Shown here piece after piece: positions 59,115-64,000 of a DNA stretch of 64,000 nucleotides. Origin of the DNA: Deltaproteobacteria bacterium (GTDB lineage Bacteria > Myxococcota > XYA12-FULL-58-9 > JAFGEK01); assembly GCA_016931625.1 (NCBI GenBank), contig JAFGEK010000159.1, positions 566-64,565 on the forward strand, in the 5' to 3' direction. How positions within the stretch are numbered: position 1 is the stretch's first letter; every line of letters starts with the position of its first letter. The notes beneath the pieces were generated by a model. It made no database searches. It was given only the letters and a program-made list of their open reading frames with translations, and was not told the DNA's origin. Made by a program: the position numbers and the translations under genes.

Positions 59115-59166
59115 TATCCGATGGTGCCAGGTGCTGGTGCCCAGGTGCTGGTGCCAGACACCAAAC
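59115..59166. repeat. Right direct repeat: TATCCG-ATG-(GTGCCAGGTGCTG)x2-GTGCCAGACACCAAAC (copy of left repeat expanded by a 13-bp tandem triplication)
   Basis: Both ends match the 58219-58240 repeat. The internal GTGCC(C)AGGTGCTG units are visibly tandem. Confidence 0.6.
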
Positions 59167-59203
59167 AAATAGGGATTTGGTGCACAAACAAATGAATTTT
59201 TAC

Positions 59204-60784
59204 CTACAAAGTCACTTGCTGTGCAAAACGCACCCCACCAATTTTAGCTAAAGCGTCTATGGCGGCAGGTTCTTCAACATTGATGAGCGCTAAGTGCTCA
59301 CTGGCTTCGCGGTCACGACCCATTTGCATATTGGTGATATTAATACCGCCTTGACCAAGTACTGTGCCGATTTGACCGATCATACCCGGCTTATCAACAT
59401 TGCGAATTACTAAAATGTGGCCATCTAAAGCCGCATCAATAGCCACACCATCTAGCGAAACAATACGTGGCAATTGCCCACCAATTAAAATACCAGCGGC
59501 AGTATGGGTTTGAGCGCCACTAACAGTAATGCAAATGCCAGTGTCATGAGCTGAAACTGGTTTGGCAGTAGTGTTTTCAACTAATTCAATGCCACGTTCT
59601 TGTGCTAATACACGGGCATTTACTGCATTAACCACGCCTTCTATAGCACCGGTTAATACGCCCGCTAAAGCCCCTTGGCTAATAGCAGTCAATGGGTGCT
59701 CGGTTACTTCGCCCCAATATTGCACCTCGACCTTCTTTAATTGACCATTTATTAATTGTGCACAGAAAGAACCAAGTCGTCGCGCTAAATCAACATACGG
59801 ACCAAGTTGTTGTAATTCACTTGGTGAGGCAGTTGGTAAATTAACTGCATTTTTCGCTGGCTCACCGCGAGCAAATGCAATGATTTGATTTGCAATATCA
59901 ATAGCAACCTGCACCTGTGCTTCCATTGTTGAAGCACCAAGATGTGGTGTGCAAATCACTTTCTCGTGCATTACCAACGGGTCATTAGCAGCAACTGGCT
60001 CTTTGCTAAAAACATCAAGGGCCAGAGAGGCAATCTTGCCAGAATTTAATCCCTCAAGTAACGCGGCCTCATCCATAATGCCACCGCGTGCACAATTAAC
60101 CAGCAGTACCCCTGGTTTCATATGTTCAATTTGCTTGACGCTAATTAAACCACGAGTAGCGTTGGTCAGCGGTGTATGCACCGTAATGATATCAGCACGC
60201 TCAACTAAATCATCTAATGAGACTAATTCAACGTTAAGTTTGGCAGCAGCGTCAGCATCGAAAAATGGGTCATGAGCAATAACTCGCATTTTTAAACCAA
60301 CGGCGCGATCTGCAACAATACGACCAATGTTACCCAAACCTATGACGCCAAAAGTCTTATTGCACAGCTCGTTGCCCATGAACTTTTTCTTTTCCCACAT
60401 ACCCGCCTTCATCGAGGCTGTAGCTTGCGGGATCTTTCGTGCCATAGACATCATTAAAGCAATAGTATGTTCAGCAGCAGTGGTGGCGTTACCATCAGGA
60501 GTATTCATAACCACAATGCCAGCACGAGTAGCAGCACCAAGATCTACGTTGTCGACCCCAATACCAGCGCGACCAATGACTTTAAGACTTTTGCCCGCTG
60601 CAATTATCTCAGCATTGGCTTTAGTAGCACTGCGAATAACTAGCGCGTCATATTCTCCAATAATTTTAAGCAAATCCTCTTTAGCAATACCAGCTTTATC
60701 ATCAACCTTAATGCCAGGGGCGTTATTAAAAATCTCAAGACCCTCTTTGGCAAGTTTATCGGAGACTAATACTCGAAAGGTCAT
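59204..60784 (-). CDS. serA: D-3-phosphoglycerate dehydrogenase (long form with ASB and ACT domains)
   Basis: The NAD-binding motif is present (GVIGLGNIGRIVADRA). The catalytic region is present (VNCARGGIMDEAAL ... CTPHLGAST). A C-terminal ACT domain is present. Length is 526 aa. Confidence 0.85.
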   Translation of the reverse strand: MTFRVLVSDKLAKEGLEIFNNAPGIKVDDKAGIAKEDLLKIIGEYDALVIRSATKANAEIIAAGKSLKVIGRAGIGVDNVDLGAATRAGIVVMNTPDGNATTAAEHTIALMMSMARKIPQATASMKAGMWEKKKFMGNELCNKTFGVIGLGNIGRIVADRAVGLKMRVIAHDPFFDADAAAKLNVELVSLDDLVERADIITVHTPLTNATRGLISVKQIEHMKPGVLLVNCARGGIMDEAALLEGLNSGKIASLALDVFSKEPVAANDPLVMHEKVICTPHLGASTMEAQVQVAIDIANQIIAFARGEPAKNAVNLPTASPSELQQLGPYVDLARRLGSFCAQLINGQLKKVEVQYWGEVTEHPLTAISQGALAGVLTGAIEGVVNAVNARVLAQERGIELVENTTAKPVSAHDTGICITVSGAQTHTAAGILIGGQLPRIVSLDGVAIDAALDGHILVIRNVDKPGMIGQIGTVLGQGGINITNMQMGRDREASEHLALINVEEPAAIDALAKIGGVRFAQQVTL

Positions 60785-61097
60785 GGTGTTTTCTCTCTGT
60801 TATTAAGTTTTTTTATACTCTTTGCTCCCCATATTGGAGCTCTAAGCAAATTTGGAGTTATGGCAATCGCGCGGCCTAACGGTATGAGTCAAGCAAAGAT
60901 GCACTGTTCATTGCAGATTTGCCGTCAACACGATCGCTAGCTTATACAAAATATCACTTAGAGGTATAGAATCAACCTATATGTATAGCAAAAACAAAGT
61001 ACAAATAAGAATTTTTATTGCCCAGAAGGCTTGAGTGCCAATAGCAGTATGCGTTACGAATAGTGCCGCCTCTTTTAACCAAGCCGAGGATAAATTA

Positions 61098-61904
61098 ATG
61101 AAAGCTAAATTATTTTCTGTTTTATCGTTTTTATCATTTACGGCTCTGACCACCGGTTGCGTAACTAGTGGAACCCATGAAGCTGTAGTCAATGAACTAG
61201 CTAAGACCAAAAAAGAGTTAGCTGCTGAACAAGACAAGGGTAAACAATTAGATGAAAAACTGCAGCTATCAACAACTCAAAATGAGCAATTAGTCACCAA
61301 AATCTCGGCGATGGGGCAAAATGTCGAACAGCTTTTGGGTGAAAAAGATACGTTAGCAGCCGAACATGTTGCTTTAGCTAAAGAGGTTGAACAACTTAAG
61401 CGTATGCGTGCCGCTGCTGAAGCACGTAATGCACAATTTCGCCAGTTGCTTGAAAAACTACAACGTATGATTGACTCAGGCACCTTGCAGGTAAAACCAC
61501 GCAATGGGCGTTTAATTGTGCAAATGTCCAGTGACGTTCTCTTCCCGCCAGGTGGAGCCCACTTAAAAGCTGCGGCTAAAGATGCGATAATTGAGTTAGC
61601 CGAAACTATCAGACAAATTCCTGATCGCAAATTCGAGGTGGTTGGTCATTGCGATTCTACTCCTATTCATAGTGCACGTTTCGCTTCTAACTGGGAGCTA
61701 TCAACTCAACGTGCAGTTGAAGTCGTTAAGCTAATGGTAGAAGCTGGTGTGCCACCTGAGATGATTTCAGCCGCTGGTTATGCTGAATTTGATCCCATTG
61801 CTCCTAATGACACTCCCGAAAATAAAAAGATGAATCGGCGCGTTGAGTTAGTGTTTTTACCAAGCATTGATGAGTTGCCGGTATTTGATGTGTTAAAGAA
61901 ATAG
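61098..61904 (+). CDS. OmpA/MotB-family lipoprotein with N-terminal coiled coil
   Basis: The start was chosen at MKAKLFSV. A lipobox is present (FTALTTGC). An OmpA-like C-terminal domain is present (HCDSTPIHSARFASNWELSTQRAVEVVKLM ... NRRVELVF). Confidence 0.7.
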   Translation: MKAKLFSVLSFLSFTALTTGCVTSGTHEAVVNELAKTKKELAAEQDKGKQLDEKLQLSTTQNEQLVTKISAMGQNVEQLLGEKDTLAAEHVALAKEVEQLKRMRAAAEARNAQFRQLLEKLQRMIDSGTLQVKPRNGRLIVQMSSDVLFPPGGAHLKAAAKDAIIELAETIRQIPDRKFEVVGHCDSTPIHSARFASNWELSTQRAVEVVKLMVEAGVPPEMISAAGYAEFDPIAPNDTPENKKMNRRVELVFLPSIDELPVFDVLKK

Positions 61905-61978
61905 ACTATTAGCTTTTCGAAATTAGATTAATCACTACACTACCTCAATGCTGCCATAGCACTTTAGATAGTTTTCTT

Positions 61979-63487
61979 TTATGGGTGTATAGAATTAGCT
62001 GTATTATAAATATATTGCGTTATTTTCTTAGCGAATTTGATTTTTTTCGGAATAGAAATAGCATCATTCTTAAAGTTAATACTCCAGGTTTGGAGTGAAT
62101 GCTTACCCACGGTCAACGGGTAATCAGCACCATCTTTGTGGATAAGGGTAAATAGTTTTCTATCTTTAATTTTTTGAAAAGCTTGCTCTAATTGAGAGGC
62201 GCGCTGAGCGTTGGCTGGTTTAAACGCTACCGTCAAACTGCCGTCATATTCTTTTACAAGAAATAGCTCTTTTTCGATTGCTGCATATACATGCTTAAAT
62301 TTGCCCTTGTTAAAAACCCTTAATTTTATTGCCAACTCTTCTGCCGTAAGATCAACAGCAGCGTTGATAACTGGAAGGTTTGCTGCTGGATCAGTAGCAG
62401 TGTTGATAACTGGCGGTTCTGCCGGTGAATCAATATTAACTTCAAAAACTGCTGGTTCTTCCGCAGGATCTGTAGCATTGCTCCCCATTGCCTTATTTAT
62501 TTCATCTTGATCAAATTTCTTTGTTTCCAAAAGAGATGGATCTTCTGGATCATCTTCTTGAGTCTCTTTAGATTTGCCACCATCTCCAGATCCAGACGCG
62601 GCATCGTCAGCTAAAGCCAGTAAACCAATACTTGCACCGACGCCTGCTATATCAAGAGGAATACTACCAGCAGCCGCAAGCTCAGAAGCCAAACATAGCT
62701 CTCCAGCGCCAGTTATTGCATATTCACTACTCAGGCTGGGTATGCTTAATGACACGCCTCCAGTAAGATATGCGATAGCGAATGTAATAATAATATGAAT
62801 TTGTTGATGGTAGAGTTCTTGATATCGCTCATCAGGCGGCAACGCCATTATATACTTAATATATTCTGGGCTGTTTTTGGCTAAAACAAACAGAAAATCA
62901 ACAATTTTATCAGGTAAGCACATTAACCCAGCACCAGTATCAAGAATAGTTTCTGCCGGTTCTTCTTTTAGTTGCGTTAATGCCTCAGGAATTCCGTCGA
63001 TGACATACTGTTCAAAAGCTAATGTTAACTTATCGACCCATTGATCCGCTGCAATATTGATGTTGTTATATACATGTTGGCCTGCTTTAAAAAACGCGAC
63101 TACATTATTTTTTAACAGATCAGCATCTGTAGGAATATAAAGTGGACCGCCTGTGGGATATAAGTGCTCACCGATCGCATAAATACAACCATTTAGCGGA
63201 TTGCAATAATATAACTTTGCTACCTCTAATTTTTTAGCTTGAAGAATATTATATAAAACTTTGCCGGTGCTACTTGTAACTAGTTTGTGATCTTTACGAA
63301 ATATAACTATATTAGCAAAATGGTTAATAACTTCAATTAGCCTGCTTGGCGAATAAGTGAGCTTTGCTGCCGCTATTTTTTTAAGCAGAAAAATCGCCGC
63401 TAACCTCGGCCCATAGTTGGCCGACGGCGATGCTTCACCATTATTTTCAAGATAACTTTTAAGCTCTGCGGCTTCTTGCCTCGACAA
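61979..63487 (-). CDS. Hypothetical protein
   Basis: The ORF is 502 aa. The middle is acidic and low-complexity (DPEDPSLLETKKFDQDE). No domain was recognised. Confidence 0.3.
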   Translation of the reverse strand: MSRQEAAELKSYLENNGEASPSANYGPRLAAIFLLKKIAAAKLTYSPSRLIEVINHFANIVIFRKDHKLVTSSTGKVLYNILQAKKLEVAKLYYCNPLNGCIYAIGEHLYPTGGPLYIPTDADLLKNNVVAFFKAGQHVYNNINIAADQWVDKLTLAFEQYVIDGIPEALTQLKEEPAETILDTGAGLMCLPDKIVDFLFVLAKNSPEYIKYIMALPPDERYQELYHQQIHIIITFAIAYLTGGVSLSIPSLSSEYAITGAGELCLASELAAAGSIPLDIAGVGASIGLLALADDAASGSGDGGKSKETQEDDPEDPSLLETKKFDQDEINKAMGSNATDPAEEPAVFEVNIDSPAEPPVINTATDPAANLPVINAAVDLTAEELAIKLRVFNKGKFKHVYAAIEKELFLVKEYDGSLTVAFKPANAQRASQLEQAFQKIKDRKLFTLIHKDGADYPLTVGKHSLQTWSINFKNDAISIPKKIKFAKKITQYIYNTANSIHP

Positions 63488-63523
63488 ACCCTTGTCGCTA
63501 GTTATTTTAGCGGTAACTAATTC

Positions 63524-63907
63524 TTACGGTAGTCCTGCTTTAACAAAAAAGTTAATAACGCTATCAAAACTAGCTGTACCATCAGCAGTTTTGGTTAGTT
63601 GTACTTTGTTACCTCTTTTGGCGAAAATCGCTACTGTCTGCGGTTCCAAGCCATAAATATCGTCTATCTTGCTACCATAGTATAAAGATGCTCGTGATGT
63701 AGAAATGCCATCAACATAAAATTGACCATTACGTTTGAATACCCCTGCTTCGGCTCCAGCGTTCGCTTTTAATTGTGCTGCTTGCATGGCCTGATCAAGG
63801 CTCATGGGTTCATTGCCTACTTTGGTAATTGCAACGTTAGATTTGCTGATGAGGTTATAGTGTTTAGCCCATCTAATCAGTAAACCAGGTAAAGCCATAA
63901 TAACCAC
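63524..63907 (-). CDS. Hypothetical protein
   Basis: The ORF is 127 aa and shares the strand of the preceding gene. No domain was recognised. Confidence 0.3.
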   Translation of the reverse strand: MVIMALPGLLIRWAKHYNLISKSNVAITKVGNEPMSLDQAMQAAQLKANAGAEAGVFKRNGQFYVDGISTSRASLYYGSKIDDIYGLEPQTVAIFAKRGNKVQLTKTADGTASFDSVINFFVKAGLP

Positions 63908-64000
63908 ATTATCAATTTATATAATGAACATTTAATATGTAATATATTATATCGAATTTTCACGACAATTGTTTCGTAAAACTACTGTTTTGCGTAAGAC

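Noticed and set aside
1-64000. Search for rRNA, tRNA, CRISPR arrays, integrase/transposase genes and prophage blocks
   Set aside because: No cloverleaf-like conserved tRNA segments, no spacer/repeat periodicity typical of CRISPR, and no recombinase-like ORFs were seen. The only mobile-looking signals are the small repeats reported above.

Overview
The window reads as a chromosomal segment of a low-GC (about 40%) Gram-negative bacterium with a deltaproteobacteria/myxobacteria/Bdellovibrio-like flavour (AgmX/TonB-C-like coiled-coil protein, PilY1 and minor pilins, AddAB, anaerobic RNR). Most of it is housekeeping with accessory islets; no rRNA, tRNA, CRISPR array, transposase or integrase gene was recognised.

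Main content:
- A translationally coupled ECF sigma / anti-sigma / exported caspase-like (C14) protease operon.
- Three HI0073/HI0074-type nucleotidyltransferase toxin-antitoxin (TA)-like pairs.
- A radical-SAM DNA-repair gene, thrH, a PAP2 phosphatase and tmk.
- A type IV pilus minor-pilin cluster (pilX-like, pilY1-like, fimT/gspH-like, pilV-like, pilW-like).
- A partial nuo cluster (nuoE, nuoF, nuoJ, nuoK only).
- A decayed LytS/LytTR two-component system.
- A cobalamin riboswitch in front of nrdD-nrdG.
- addB-addA.
- An LPP20 / beta-propeller / S55-peptidase cluster.
- galT, a membrane histidine kinase, and a coiled-coil plus PEGA pair.
- A sulfatase-family gene next to a DUF11-like / FGE-sulfatase-domain ORF, and serA.

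The most unusual signals are non-coding:
1. A dispersed element of about 79 bp sits in three near-identical copies (plus one truncated copy) around the pilus cluster and inside the DUF11/FGE ORF.
2. A 17-nt motif, CATTTAGGGACACCCCC, occurs four times; two copies form a 183-bp inverted-repeat unit.
3. A (CTATCTGG)4 octanucleotide microsatellite lies upstream of pilX/pilY1.
4. Direct repeats bracket one TA cassette.

All calls rest on motif recognition by eye. No database search was possible.
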